DNA of 64,000 bases from the NCBI GenBank assembly GCA_964658305.1, contig OZ210885.1:6882001-6946000 (forward strand), read 5' to 3'. This document shows positions 31,983-44,173 of the stretch, piece by piece (positions within the stretch are counted from its first letter, which is position 1; each line of letters starts with the position of its first letter). The position numbers were made by a program, and so were the translations under genes. Source of the stretch: Leptogorgia sarmentosa. Taxonomy: Eukaryota. Below the pieces are notes generated by a model. It was not told where the DNA came from and made no database searches. It saw nothing but the letters and a program-made list of their open reading frames with translations.

Positions 31983-33456
31983 CGTTTCTTTTCCACCAAT
32001 TTTCAAGTAATGCTGAAAGATTATTATATTCCTTTAGAAAATGAAAACAACTGTTATTTTTCTGATCAGCACACATTTAACAAAAGTGAAAGATTTTGTT
32101 GATATTTCTGAATCTTCATTTTCCAGTAATTGTTGAATTTCAACTTCACCAAGTTTGACAAACCTTTCAATGGAAAAAGCCTCTTGAATTTAAAAACAAC
32201 AAAACCTTAATCATTTCGCAGCTGTCGTCATCCTCATGTCAATTACGTCGGCGAGTCAATACGGCTCTCGTCGTCATAGAAAAATGGCGCAAATACGTCC
32301 AAATTTTTTATTTCGGCTGGTATTTTTGAAATTAGGACATAAAAGTGACTGTGTGATAGTCGTATTTATAATGTTTTCAAAGTCATAGGCACAAGAACAA
32401 GGACAGAAGAGATCAAATCTTCTGAACTAAAAACTATCTGCATGGACACTGAATTTGGCAGGTGGACATTCGGACACTGAATTTGCGGGAAAGAAACTTG
32501 CACTCTGATGTTAAAAATTAAACAATACTTTTTAATTTCTAATTTGGTTTTCCGAACAAACTTCCAAGCTGCCTTTCATTGTGCGAAAGCCAGTTCGATG
32601 CTAAATTGCAAGCAAAATATTTCGGCAATCTGCATCCGCTACGCAATTACGCTTGGCAAATGACAACGTACGTAACTAAATAAAAATTTCGGGGCCATTC
32701 TTCAAAGAAATGGTAGAATAGTCATTCGAAGTATACCGCCAAAGCAACTACACTAAAAAATGGTAGTGATGTTTCATAATCTTTATATACACTCTACATA
32801 ACGTTGAATTGAAATAATTGTGTTTAGGTTTTTATTGCACTCAGTAAAATCACTCATACACTATTTGTGAAAGTTGGATTTCGTTCTTTTATACGCTCTG
32901 TGTAGTATCACTTAAGCAAACATTTTCAATTCATATTCAAGGTTATCCCTTTAACCATTAAACTCTAATAAAACTTCAATCTTTAGACTGTGAGCGCGCA
33001 TGAAGTGAAATCACCATGATGCTTGAAGCATCATACAAGCACTAGAATGTAAGCGAGAATTTCGAATTACCAACAAAACAACTACTCTAAAATAAAATAA
33101 AATAAAATTGAAAGATATTCGCATAAATCTAGAATAGAAACTCACCAAAGACAAACTGAAAATTTTCACGGCTAAAATTTTCTTCTTTCAAGTATGAAGC
33201 GTGCAGGTGTTGTAATGAGAGTGATGTTTTAAAAGCTATATGTGCATGCACTTTACATAACTTTGAATAGAAATAATTGTGTTTAGCTTTTTACTCACTT
33301 AAATATTAATCATATCTTCAGACACTAATTGCACCCGTTTCACCAATTCTAAATCGCTCAAAGCGTTACTTCTAAAATTTAGAAAAGCGCTTTTAAGCGT
33401 CACCAGAATGCATTCTGAATATTCTATTGTGACGTGTCCGATCATTTCTGTTCAAC

Positions 33457-33624
33457 ATGGCAGAAAGTTGTTGTCGACTGCGTACCTACGAAAAAATTAC
33501 AGACGAACAGCGTAAAATACTGTCCAGTTATTACGACAATGGAATGACTACGACCGGGAGCAATATGCAAAATGTTATCGAGGAAGCTGCAACTAAAGCG
33601 AAGCTGGATATTGAGCGAGTTAAG
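33457..33624 (+). CDS. Exon encoding an HDX-like divergent homeodomain (helices 1-3)
   Basis: TDEQRKILSSYYDNGMT....IEEAATKAKLDIERVK|GTGAG. Resembles the N-terminal homeodomain of HDX and ends at the common homeobox intron position. Confidence 0.65.
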
Positions 33625-33789
33625 GTGAGAATTAAGCATCAGAATTAGGAGTGCAGAACATAATTTACATTTTACACGCCGCTTCGTGAACCGAAAGTGT
33701 TCAAATGTGGTAAATGCCCAGCAAACACACGACGTCGTTTCGACGTCGAATTTAGGTTGATATTTGGTCGGGACGTCGATCGACTATAT

Positions 33790-34735
33790 ATCGACGTTGA
33801 ATCGACGTCGATAACCTGACCTCATATCGACGTCGACAAATTGACCTCGTTTCGACGTTGAATCGACGTCGTTAACCTGACTTGATATCGACGTCGACAA
33901 ACTGACCTCGTTTCGACGTTGAACCGACGTCGTTAACCTGACTTCATATCGACGTCGACAAACTGACCTCGTTTCGACGTTGAATCGACGTCGTTAACCT
34001 GACTTGATATCGACGTCGACAAACTGACCTCGTTTCGACGTTTAATCGACGTCGTTATCCTGACTTAATATCGACGTCGAAAAATTGACCTCGTTTCGAC
34101 GTTCAATCGACGTCGTTATCCTGACTTAATATCGATGTCGACAAATTGACCTCGTTTCGACGTCCAATCGAAGTCGTTATCCTGACTTAATATCGACGTC
34201 GAAAAATTGACCTCGTTTCGACGTTCAATCGACGTCGTTATCCTGACTTAATATCGACGTCGAAAAATTGACCTCGTTTCGACGTTCAATCGACGTCGTT
34301 ATCCTGACTTAATATCGACGTCGACAAATTGACCTCGTTTCGACGTCCAATCGAAGTCGTTATCCTGACTTAATATCGACGTCGAAAAATTGACCTCGTT
34401 TCGACGTTCAATCGACGTCGTTATCCTGACTTAATATCGACGTCGAAAAATTGACCTCGTTTCGACGTTCAATCGACGTCGTTATCCTGACTTAATAACG
34501 ACGTCGAAAAATTGACCTCGTTTCGACGTTCAATCGACGTCGTTATCCTGACTTAATATCGACGTCGAAAAATTGACCTCGTTTCGACGTTCAATCGACG
34601 TCGTTATCCTGACTTAATAACGACGTCGAAAAATTGACCTCGTTTCGACGTTCAATCGACGTCGTTATCCTGACTTAATATCGACGTCGAAAAATTGACC
34701 TCGTTTCGACGTTCAATCGACGTCGTTAACCTGAC
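33790..34735. repeat. 61-bp tandem repeat (~15 copies), left subterminal array
   Basis: Unit TATCGACGTCGAAAAATTGACCTCGTTTCGACGTTCAATCGACGTCGTTATCCTGACTTAA. Confidence 0.95.
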
Positions 34736-36675
34736 CTGAACATTAAAACAACTAATTAAAAATATATATATTTACGTTTTGGACCCTATAGCTGACGTTG
34801 AATATGGATCAGCATATTTTTATACCCCAACATACAATTGCATATCAACACTTTAGAAACTGATCTTTTGGGCAAAGTTCGTACCGACGACTACGTTTCC
34901 TATTTTCAACATGTGATTGATCGTATTTATTAAGACATTGATAGTTTTTAAATAATTTTGAATTTTTAGGTAGGGTATTTGTATAGGAAATTACTCGGTT
35001 CGAGAAGTATTAATGAAAAATTGCACGCGTGTTTGGACTTTGGCGAAATACTAATAAGGTGTCGCGCATTCGGCCCAAACTCGGTTCGGGCCGTTCGGCT
35101 CGGCATACAATCGGCGATGACACGAGACTGAGAATCATGGGAAGTGTTGTCATAGACGCTCACAAACCGCGTGTATTCAAAATTTCACACAAAGGATTTC
35201 ATTGCTTGTCGTTGTTCTTGTCTTTTGGGGATAATTTCCCGTTCATTTAGTTGATTTAATTCAAGACTACAGAAAAGGTTAGTATAATATGCAACTTGTT
35301 TATTTTTATTTTGTGATATATCGCTTTATATTTCGTTCAATCAGTGTGCACTGCGATGCGCTTCGAAGTTCGAAGTGCTCGTGCTTCAAAAGTGCCGGTT
35401 CAATAAACTGAACTGGAACACTAGTGATCAGCACTATAATTCACAAAATTAATCGCTTCTACATAAAGGTCAATTCTGTATCATATATTCTTACTATGCT
35501 ACAGAAAAGTCGATTCCTAGCTCTTGCCTCGACAATGATGTGTAACGTTTGTGTATTTGATTAGCAGAGTTACATTTTACAATCCAAATCAATCTAGTAG
35601 TTTAGTTAGGCTTTGTCAGCCTGGTTTCATCAGTGATATATTAAAAACCGAGTATTTCTGCGTAGGAAATTTTTTGTAATTGATTTAGGCTGGTTTTGAA
35701 TTTTTTCAAATAGAATTTCAGACAACCAATTATACAGACTGAGCATACAAAGAGGCAGTGGAAGCGAATTTTTTAAGGGGGGTGGGGGCTTTAAGCAAAT
35801 AATCACTAGTTAGTAGGGTCATGCATAACTCATCAGGTTTGTTAAGCAAATAATCACTAGTTAGTAGGGACATAACTCATCAGGTTTGGCAAAAGCAATT
35901 AAGCAAACTGATTTTTTTGATATCCTTTCAAAATTTGTTGACTTAAACTGGCTATAGTAGATCGAGACTATAAACCTGAACTACAATGCCATTTGCTATG
36001 CTAATTCCATACTGGCTGGCACACATTATATTGTGTTGAAGATGGAAATTGAGAATTACTTGCTTTCAATAAATCGATTAACAAAGGCATCAAAAAGATA
36101 ACTGCTTAGTTATGTAGAGGGATATACTGTAGCTACATTAGAGAGACAGGCTTAATTAATTGATATTTTTCACTTATTAGAGCACCGAAAGTGATGTTTA
36201 TAAAGCAATGGGACAGATTTTAAAGTATGCTCCGGACAGGAAAGGGGGAAGTAGAAAGTCTATCTATAATCGATCATTATGGGACATTTTTCATAATAAA
36301 CATATAGTCCATACACAAGATTGATAACTGTAAATGCAGAAGAATACAAAATTTGCCAGGAATCTACATTTTACAACCAATCTTGGTAATTTTACCAAAC
36401 TTGTAAGATGTTCTTTCAAATAATATCGTGGTAACAAATTAATTAACGTATAGCTAGTTGATAATAAATTAGTGCAGATAGTATAATATAGGTCCAAATT
36501 GGAATCGCTTAATTACAGTTCGGTGTTTGTAAATAATCAAGTGTATTAAAGTATATAATATGTAATATGTAAGATACTGACTGAGTTCGAAAATAAATAT
36601 ATCATCAAAACAAATTGCAACAGAAAAATTATTAATTTTAATCAATTTGCAACTTCGTCGTATTTTCCAACGTAC

Positions 36676-37018
36676 TATCGACGTCGAAAAGTCAACGTTG
36701 AATCGACGTCGAAACGTCAACGTTGAATCGACGTCGAAAGTCTAACGTCGATTCAATTTGCGTTTTCGACCTGTTTTTCGACGTCGTATCGACGTCGAAA
36801 AGTCAACGTTGAATCGACGTCGAAAGTTCAACGTTGAATCGACGTCGAAAAGTCAACGTTGAATCGACGTCGAAAGTTCAACGTTGAATCGACGTCGAAA
36901 AGTTAACGTTGAATCGACGTCGAAAATGTAACGTCGATTCGATTTGCGTTTTCGACCTGTTTTTCGACGTCGTTTCGACGTCAGGTAGTAACGTCGATTC
37001 GACGTTGAATCGACGTCG
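36676..37018. repeat. Short AACGTTGAATCGACGTCGAA repeats, right subterminal array
   Basis: Direct repeats in inverted orientation relative to the left array. Confidence 0.9.
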
Positions 37019-37341
37019 GTGTGCTTACTGGGTGTGCATTAGCAGGGATGTTGTACGGGGGCCGGTTGTTCGTACGTCGTTTAGCTTAAACGGCGGATAA
37101 GTCCAGAATATCAAACAAGACTATGTATTCATTGAACGATCAAAAAAAAATCCTTGAATCTGAAAGGAATATTTATGTATACAATTATATATTCAGTGTT
37201 CAAAATTTATGTTCAATTATTCACATTATAATGTTGATATTCCACAAGAAGCCGAACATTTTCACCAAACACCTTCACATAATAAATCAGAGTAAGTTCT
37301 AGGAAATTGTTACACTTTAAAATTGAAATTTTCAGAAAAAA

Positions 37342-37413
37342 TTCCCACGCCGGGAATCGAACCCGGGCCATGGCGGTGAAAACGCCAAATCCTAACCACT
37401 AGACCACATGGGA
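37342..37413 (-). tRNA. tRNA-Glu(TTC)
   Basis: Intact cloverleaf TCCCATG...CGTGGGAA. Confidence 0.9.
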
Positions 37414-37497
37414 GTGATAACCTGTTGACTATTCCTGTGTTACAAAGCCAGTTTGTTTCCAGTGTTGCAGTTGAAATGCAACAAAATGAAAATAATC

Positions 37498-37568
37498 TGC
37501 GTTAGCGGGGAATCGAACCCCGGTCTCCCGCGTGGCAGGCGAGAATTCTACCACTGAACCACCAACGC
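37498..37568 (-). tRNA. tRNA-Gly(GCC)
   Basis: Intact cloverleaf. Confidence 0.92.
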
Positions 37569-37840
37569 AAAGTTGCCCAATTTATTTGGTCATAATGTTC
37601 ATATTCTACAAGATGCCGAACATTTGCGCAAAACACCTTCAAATAATAAATCAGAGTAAGTTCTAGGAAATTGTTACACTTTCAACCTGATCAGCAAAAT
37701 CATTTTTTTTTTGTGGAAAAGAAAGATGTCAACAAGGACTTAAATACAGAAAACACCAAAAGAATGGTAAGAGGGATAGAGCTAGTATAATAGCAATGGT
37801 TTTGCTAATTTCTCGAACTGCATATTTATATACATACTGA

Positions 37841-37904
37841 TCGGGAATCGAACCCGGGCCTTGGCGGTGGGAGCGCCAGATCCTGACCACTGGACTACAT
37901 GGGA
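37841..37904 (-). pseudogene. tRNA-Glu-body pseudogene (anticodon CCC, 3' acceptor strand lost)
   Basis: TCCCATGTAGTCCAGTGGTCAGGATCTGGCG-CTCCCAC-CGCCA..GGTTCGATTCCCG, then unrelated sequence. Confidence 0.8.
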
Positions 37905-38001
37905 GAAACATTTATTTTTTTCTCTAAATGTGAAAATAACGATAACATTTTTAATTTGAATTTCGAAGGAAATTTCGAGAGGCAGCGTGGCCAGAAGTGC
38001 T

Positions 38002-38074
38002 TGACCTTGAAGTGAATTGAACACTTAACCTTCTGATCTGGAGTCAGACGCGCTACCAATTGCGCCACAAGGTC
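38002..38074 (-). tRNA. tRNA-Trp(CCA)
   Basis: GACCTTGTGGCGCAATTGGTAGCGCGTCTGA-CTCCAGA-TCAGA...CAAGGTCA. Confidence 0.88.
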
Positions 38075-38319
38075 GTACTGCTGTTAAAATGGTTTGGTTT
38101 CAGAAAACGAGTTTGAGAATGTGAACACAAGCTGCTTCATTTATTGATTGCCACGCCCATATGTGCACTTTTACAACATTTTGTCTATTTTTACAACTGT
38201 TGAAAAAATCACTATCAAGTGGATAAAGTTGATATCCGAATTTCGTACAACTGGCCTCTGATTCTATCGGCAATTAATGCCGTAATTGGATTTATATTCT
38301 GAGTTTCAATGGGAAGTTC

Positions 38320-38393
38320 AGTAGCTAAGCGGTTAGAGCATTGGTCTTGGTCTAGTAAACAAGGGGTCCAGAGTTCAAATTTCTGATGAGGCT
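38320..38393 (+). pseudogene. tRNA-Thr(AGT) pseudogene
   Basis: Degenerate 5' end and duplicated TGGTCT. Confidence 0.7.
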
Positions 38394-38634
38394 CAAAAGT
38401 ATCGTTATCAAAGAGTTAGTTTTGAGAATGCGGAATAATCTTAAAGTGGAACTCAGAGTACCGCTTACTAGCTTGAAATATATTCGATATTATAAATCAA
38501 TCAAAGACTGGATGGTAACGTTTTACAAAGAATGAAAACAAGTGCATAATCTTCACTCTTGTTTTTACCATTTTGAAACATCCCATCAGTGCAGGATGGG
38601 AAAGTAATATAATTCTACAGAAAGCTTTTGAGTT

Positions 38635-38707
38635 GCCTCATTAGCTCAGGGCTTAGAGCACTGGTCTAGTAAACCAGGGGTCCAGAGTTCAAATCTCTGA
38701 TGAGGAT
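38635..38707 (+). tRNA. tRNA-Thr(AGT), minor mismatches
   Basis: GCCTCATTAGCTCAGGGCTTAGAGCACTGGT-CTAGTAA-ACCAG... Confidence 0.78.
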
Positions 38708-39832
38708 GTGGCAATAAGTATCCATCATGAATAAGAATTCATCCATTTACTTTTTGTGATTGGTTACAAGGTATGCAGTTAACACTCCAGATTGTATAAG
38801 TGTGACTTGTAACAAAATTTTTCAAGTGAGTTTATTTCATGAAAACACGTGATAACACGGGAAATTAAGTTTTATTAGCTGTCTCGCGTTTGTGCCACTT
38901 TCTGGTATAAAAATTAACGTTATAAAAAAAAGAACTTTTTTAAAATTTTCCAACAAAATTTTGGATTCTAACTTAGATTATAAGTTTCGTATTCACGTCT
39001 GAGGTTCACAAATCGTTCAAACTGTACTAAAAATCTGCATTTTAAGAATAAATGTTGCCTTGTATATGTTTTCCTATTTTTTTTGTTATATATATCGCAT
39101 AAAGAAGTAGGCTGGGGAGAGTATAATTAATTCGCGTAGTGACGATTTCAGGCGATGATTTGGAATTAACATGACAAATGTTTTGGTGTGTCAAAAAAAC
39201 TTTGCTCTTCAACCGACAAAAATATATATTATGAAACGTTTAGACAGTCCCAAACCTATTTTGCAATAAACGCCAGGTATCCTTCTTGATTTTAAACGTT
39301 TTATTGCCGCTTTATATCATTTAAAACACGAATAAATCGACGTTTTTCGAATGGTGTTATTTTCGGCTTCGGACTTTCAGTGGGCCTGGGGAGAGTATAT
39401 TGTAAACAAAACCTTGGTTTTTGAAAAAAATGGCAAAAAAACATTGTTTTGAGCCGCAATATAGTGTTTTGATGCCTAAAAACCATGTCTTTGTATAGCT
39501 CAGTGTGATTCACATCTGTCTGTGTAGATAACGTTTCCGGTTCCAGTACCACTCTTGTACCGAAATTATTTGAGTTTAAAATTTCAAAAAATCATTTTCA
39601 TTTTCAACGTGCATGAAAACCTCTCAAACTCTATTGATGCGCGAAAAAAATTATTAAATGTTAAATTTCAATCTATTTAGAAGATATTTAGCTTAAAATG
39701 AAGTAAAAAAGGCATCATTTTAAGGTCAAAATCAGGGTTTGAAAATTGTCCCTTCTTCGCTTCGTGGTTGTCAATGGCGGCGTTCAATTTGGCTTCAAAG
39801 ATGGCGGCCAAGGTATCGTTTCCCCCTAACCC

Positions 39833-39925
39833 ATTCCACGTATAAATCTTTCGCCTTCCGTGGAGGAGAACAACTGAATGAATTCATAGATTAATTTTTC
39901 GTGACCCTGCCTAACAGCGGGGTGT
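39833..39925 (+). pseudogene. U5 snRNA pseudogene with loop-1 deletion
   Basis: GTATAAATCTTTCGCCTT^CCGTGGAGGAGAAC...AATTTTTCG...hairpin. Confidence 0.85.
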
Positions 39926-40214
39926 TTTTACCATGCAAAATAATTCGATTAATAAGATTCGATTCATTGTTTCAATTCATTGTTTCACCATTTTAATAAT
40001 TGGCATTTTTTTAACCACGGCGTGTTCTAATTCAACAAAGTGAAATGTTTCAGACTAAAAGCCTCTAGTCTTCGTAATTGTCAGCTTTGAAACTACATAC
40101 TTTCTTGCTGATACGTTGAATGCGTGCGCATGCGTGGGCTTAATTCTGCGCCCCACAAGCGAAAGGACGTGGTTTGTAGTTTAAGATCCGTGAAAAACTT
40201 TGTGGTTGATATCC

Positions 40215-40336
40215 AACTCTGGTTTTCCTTCAATCCGCGTATAAATCTTTCGCCTTTTACTAAAGATTTCCGTGGAGGAGAACATCAGAATGAGTCTATA
40301 GACTAATTTTTGTTCACCCTGCTTTAACGACGGGGT
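40215..40336 (+). ncRNA. RNU5: U5 snRNA, intact (empty-site paralogue of the copy B locus)
   Basis: AACTCTGGTTTTCCTTCA...TCTTTCGCCTTTTACTAAAGATTTCCGTGGAGGAGAAC...AATTTTTG Sm site, 3' hairpin. Confidence 0.95.
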
Positions 40337-40988
40337 CTTACCTTACAAAATTACCAAACGAACATTAAACAGTTTTATAAAACATTATGCGGCTGGATTT
40401 GCGATAGAGTGTGCGGCTGACTGCAAAAGGTCGGACTTTGAACGCGGCTTACTTTACTAAACCGCTTCCTTTATTAAACCGTTTCTAAAACGGTTTCGTG
40501 CATGTGTTGAGGCGTACTGAAAATAAAGAATCATTTATGAATGGTGGATTATGGAATGCTATCACTCTTTCTTGTCAATTCAGTCGGATTTTATGTTGAC
40601 TGCACGTGTTTCTATTCGGCCAGTGAAAGGAAGTCACAGATCTGATGGCTTTCCAACCAAATGATGCTCTATGTTCTAGTTAGGCCAAAGCTACTGTTGA
40701 ATTATTTAAACATTTTAAATCGCTTTTCATATTGTTTTATATATATATATATATATGATTTATTTTACAATTCAGTACATTAAGTACGCCAGTTTTGGCG
40801 TCACTGGCACATACAACATAAAAGTTTATACCTTTCGATAATTGCATGTAGAATACAAGTATTTTTTTGTAACTGCGCATGCGTAACATCCATCCCACAA
40901 GCTTTGCGTGGGTTCAATTCTGTGGCCCACAAGCGAAAGGACGTGGTTTGTAGTTTAAGATCCGTGAAAAACTTTGTGGTTGATATCA

Positions 40989-41110
40989 AACTCTGGTTTT
41001 CCTTCAATCCGCGTATAAATCTTTCGCCTTTTACTAAAGATTTCCGTGGAGGAGAACAACAGAATGAGTCTATAGACTAATTTTTCGTCACCCTGCCTAA
41101 CGGCGGGGTG
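40989..41110 (+). ncRNA. RNU5: U5 snRNA, intact (empty-site paralogue of the copy A locus)
   Basis: Invariant loop 1 GCCTTTTAC, Sm-like AATTTTTCG, hairpin CACCCTGCC/GGCGGGGTG. Confidence 0.95.
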
Positions 41111-41132
41111 TTTCTACTTTCTACACAGATTA

Positions 41133-41275
41133 AAGGCCGTTTCCTACTTCAACCGAATCGTAACGTAACGTAGCGTATATTATTGTTTCCTGAGCAGTGA
41201 AATGGATCTAACGACTTCGACACAAAAAAAATGCTCCGTTACGTTACGATGCGCTTGAAGTGGAAAACGAACCTA
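41133..41275. mobile_element. MITE (Harbinger-like) just downstream of U5; absent from the left paralogue
   Basis: Imperfect TIRs AGGCCGTTTCCTACTTCAA..CGTAACGTAACG / CGTTACGTTACG..TTGAAGTGGAAAACGAACCT. Confidence 0.65.
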
Positions 41276-41583
41276 AGAGGACCAGATGTATAACTTCAGC
41301 CAAAAAGCGTAAGGGCTCCGTCATAATCGATATACGCTGCATGCTTTACGACGCCTTCGAAAATGGCCTTTGTACGGTGTCGACTCGCGAAGGATGCCTT
41401 CCAGCCTGCCGAGACGCATACTCACTTCAAATATTACGTCACATCCTGTCGAAAAGTCGAAGTCGTCCGTCAAAAACCGTCCTTGCGTAAGCTCTCTATT
41501 GCCGTTGGCAAAAAATGAGATTTTGAGCAAAAATATTATCCATTATTTTTTTATGTCCTTTCGGAAGGTTTACAATGGAGTCG

Positions 41584-41647
41584 GTCTTTGTGGCGCCATC
41601 GGTTAGCGCGTTCGGCTGATATCGCAATCGAATCCAATCAGAGACGT
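41584..41647 (+). pseudogene. tRNA-Asn pseudogene (anticodon arm disrupted)
   Basis: GTCTTTGTGGCGCCATCGGTTAGCGCGTTCGGCTG...TCGAATCCAATCAGAGACG; paralogue of 7685. Confidence 0.75.
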
Positions 41648-41764
41648 TTGTGATGTTATTGAGACGTCGTGACGGTAAATGTAACCGAATTTTTTTGCGC
41701 GAGGTTTTCTAAGGATTTACGGAAGCTTTCAAAAAACAGAACGTCTTACTTGGTTAATTAACTA

Positions 41765-41819
41765 GGGCTTGCACGAGAATCGAACCCGTGCGAGAATCAG
41801 ACCACTAGACCAGCAAGCC
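41765..41819 (-). pseudogene. tRNA-Pro pseudogene (anticodon loop deleted)
   Basis: GGCTTGCTGGTCTAGTGGTCTGATTCTCGC^ACGGGTTCGATTCTCGTGCAAGCCC. Confidence 0.78.
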
Positions 41820-41931
41820 ATTGATGGCATCAAAATGTTTTCTAATGTACTTTGTACTGACGGAGAAAAATAGGGGAATTAATGTAAAATCTCAGCCGTT
41901 CCAAAACATTTTCCAATCTTCCATCGAAGTC

Positions 41932-42003
41932 GCCGTGATCGTATAGTGGTTAGTACATTGCGTTGTGGCCGCAATAACCCAGGTTCGAATCCTGGTCACG
42001 GCA
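41932..42003 (+). tRNA. tRNA-His(GTG)
   Basis: GCCGTGATCGTATAGTGGTTAGTACATTGCG-TTGTGGC-CGCAA...GGTTCGAATCC..TCACGGCA. Confidence 0.93.
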
Positions 42004-43137
42004 TCTGTTTCAAACACCAAAAATTGTTGTAATCACCATTGCGGGCATCGTGGCCGTTGAAGTTCTGTTTATTATTGCCGTTGCATGTGGCCTTGGCTAA
42101 AAATCAGATTTTGACTAAAAATAAAAACATATATTAAGTATTTATATATGTAGGTAGTTTAAACTTTCAATCGAACGATTTGTTAAACTTAAAATGCTAA
42201 CGGCATTACCTTATTATGGCCATATATATACATACATATCTTGGTCTGATGAGATATAAAGGAAATCTGCGCCATAATCCATCCGATGCACGCGAAATCA
42301 ACATTTCATCGGCTGCTAAATCCTAATATTTTCAATTCGCAAATTTATGTTGTTAACTTGTTATTGAAATATCAACAATATTACCAGAAGCCAATCATTT
42401 GAGACGTTCTTTACCTTACTTTGCGCAAAATAATCCAATCACAACCCTCCATGCAACTGCAGGATTAGTAAAAAAATCCACGTGCTTTAGTCAAAATTTT
42501 GCAATGATTATAGTCAGAATATTTTTGACCAATCAACACGTCTGTAATGTGTGGCTTGAGCAAATTGGACCAATCAAATTACATTATCTAAAACGCAGAT
42601 TAGTCAATTCTCATTCGAATACCGCTTATTTGACTAATCGGTTGACTAATCAATCGCTGGCTCAATGTGCAAAAACTGATCGCATTTGAGCGCTGGAGTG
42701 TGATGGATTTTGATTGCGTAATTGAAATTTGAGAGGAGTTTCAATCAATTGGAAAATAATTTCGAAACCTTGTTCCAAATTCCAGTTTTTGCTTTTGTAT
42801 AGCCCGGCCGCCATGTTTGTTTTGTTTTCGGAAACAATCTGTAGCCTTAGCTCTAATTTGATTGGTTCAAAGTAATAACATAAAATTGCACTGTGATTTA
42901 GGATTGACTGCGCAGAAATCAACAATCACAGTCAAGTAATACGTTGATTTATATCATCAAGAAAGAAACACCCAAAAGAATCCATTTTATTCCCAAGTAA
43001 CCTTGATCCAGGTCTCACGCGGTCACCTCTTCTCACAAGTCTACTTCATATTATTCACAGTGTAGCGCTGAGAGTGTAGGTCAGTTGTAGATGTGAATGT
43101 TTTGTTGAACAACGCGAAACCGTTTGGTTGTAGTAAC

Positions 43138-43219
43138 GTAGTCGTGGCCGAGTGGTTAAGGCGACAGACTAGAAATCTGTTGGGAGTTTCCCGCGCAGGT
43201 TCAAATCCTGCCGACTACG
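43138..43219 (+). tRNA. tRNA-Ser(AGA)
   Basis: GTAGTCGTGGCCGAGTGGTTAAGGCGACAGA-CTAGAAA-TCTGT...CGACTACG. Confidence 0.93.
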
Positions 43220-43690
43220 TTGTGCAATGTCTTCAACATTTTAGCCTCGAAGATAAACATGAATTGTTTTTGGGAAAAACTCGATAACAGGAAGTTCTGT
43301 TCTCGGTGGTGGTGGCTGAGCATTTAAAGTGACAGATTAAATGTCCAAGTTTTCCATCAACAAATTCGACGGAAAGAACTCCCGTTTGTATTGTATTGTA
43401 TCAATTGATATATATAGTTATGAAATATGCCAATTAAGAATGATTTTCTATTTGTGTTTCAATTGAAATGCAACAAAATGAAAATATTCTGCGTTACAAT
43501 TTCTAGGAAATTGTTGCACTTTAAACATGATCAGTCAAATCATTTTTTGTGGAAAAACAAGATCATGTCAACAAGGACTTAAATACACAAAACACCAAAA
43601 GAATGGGTAAGAGGGATAGAGCTAGTATAATAGCAATGGTTTTGCTAATTTCTCGAATTGCATATTTGTTTCCTTCTCTCGTAAGTATTA

Positions 43691-43762
43691 TTGCCACGCC
43701 GGGAATCGAACCCGGGCCTTGGCGGTGAGGGCGCCAGATCCTGACCACTGGACTACATGGGA
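43691..43762 (-). tRNA. tRNA-Glu(CTC), U33C and an acceptor mismatch
   Basis: TGGCG-CCCTCAC-CGCCA. Confidence 0.75.
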
Positions 43763-43858
43763 GAAACATTTATCTTTTCTTGGAAACTGAAAATAACGAT
43801 AATATTTTTAATTTGAATTTCGGAGAAAATTTCGAGAGACAGCGTGGCCAGAAGTGCT

Positions 43859-43931
43859 TGACCTTGAAGTGAATTGAACACTTAACCTTCTGATCTGGAG
43901 TCAGACGCGCTACCAATTGCGCCACAAGGTC
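43859..43931 (-). tRNA. tRNA-Trp(CCA)
   Basis: Same sequence as the 38002 copy. Confidence 0.88.
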
Positions 43932-44017
43932 GTACTGCTGTTAAAATGGTTTGGTTTCAGAGAACGTGTTTGAGAAAGTGAACACAAGCTGCTTCAAATT
44001 GAAATTTTCAGAAAAAA

Positions 44018-44089
44018 TTCCCACGCCGGGAATCGAACCCGGGCCATGGCGGTGAAAACGCCAGATCCTACCCACTAGACCACATGGGA
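44018..44089 (-). tRNA. tRNA-Glu(TTC)
   Basis: Near-intact cloverleaf. Confidence 0.87.
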
Positions 44090-44173
44090 GTGATAACTTG
44101 TTGACTATTCCTGTGTTACAAAGCCAGTTTGTTTCTCGTGTTGCAGCTGAAATGCAACAAAATGAAAATAACC

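Larger units (their letters stand above)
33717..37032. mobile_element. Non-autonomous CMC-EnSpm/CACTA-type DNA transposon
   Basis: TIRs CCCAGCAAACACACGACGTCG / CGACGTCGGTGTGCTTACTGGG, 2-bp TSD TG, GACGTC-rich subterminal repeats at both ends. Confidence 0.82.

Noticed and set aside
33790..34735. CRISPR-like regular palindromic repeats
   Set aside because: The units are contiguous with no unique spacers and there are no cas genes. The context is eukaryotic and the array is explained as transposon subterminal repeats.
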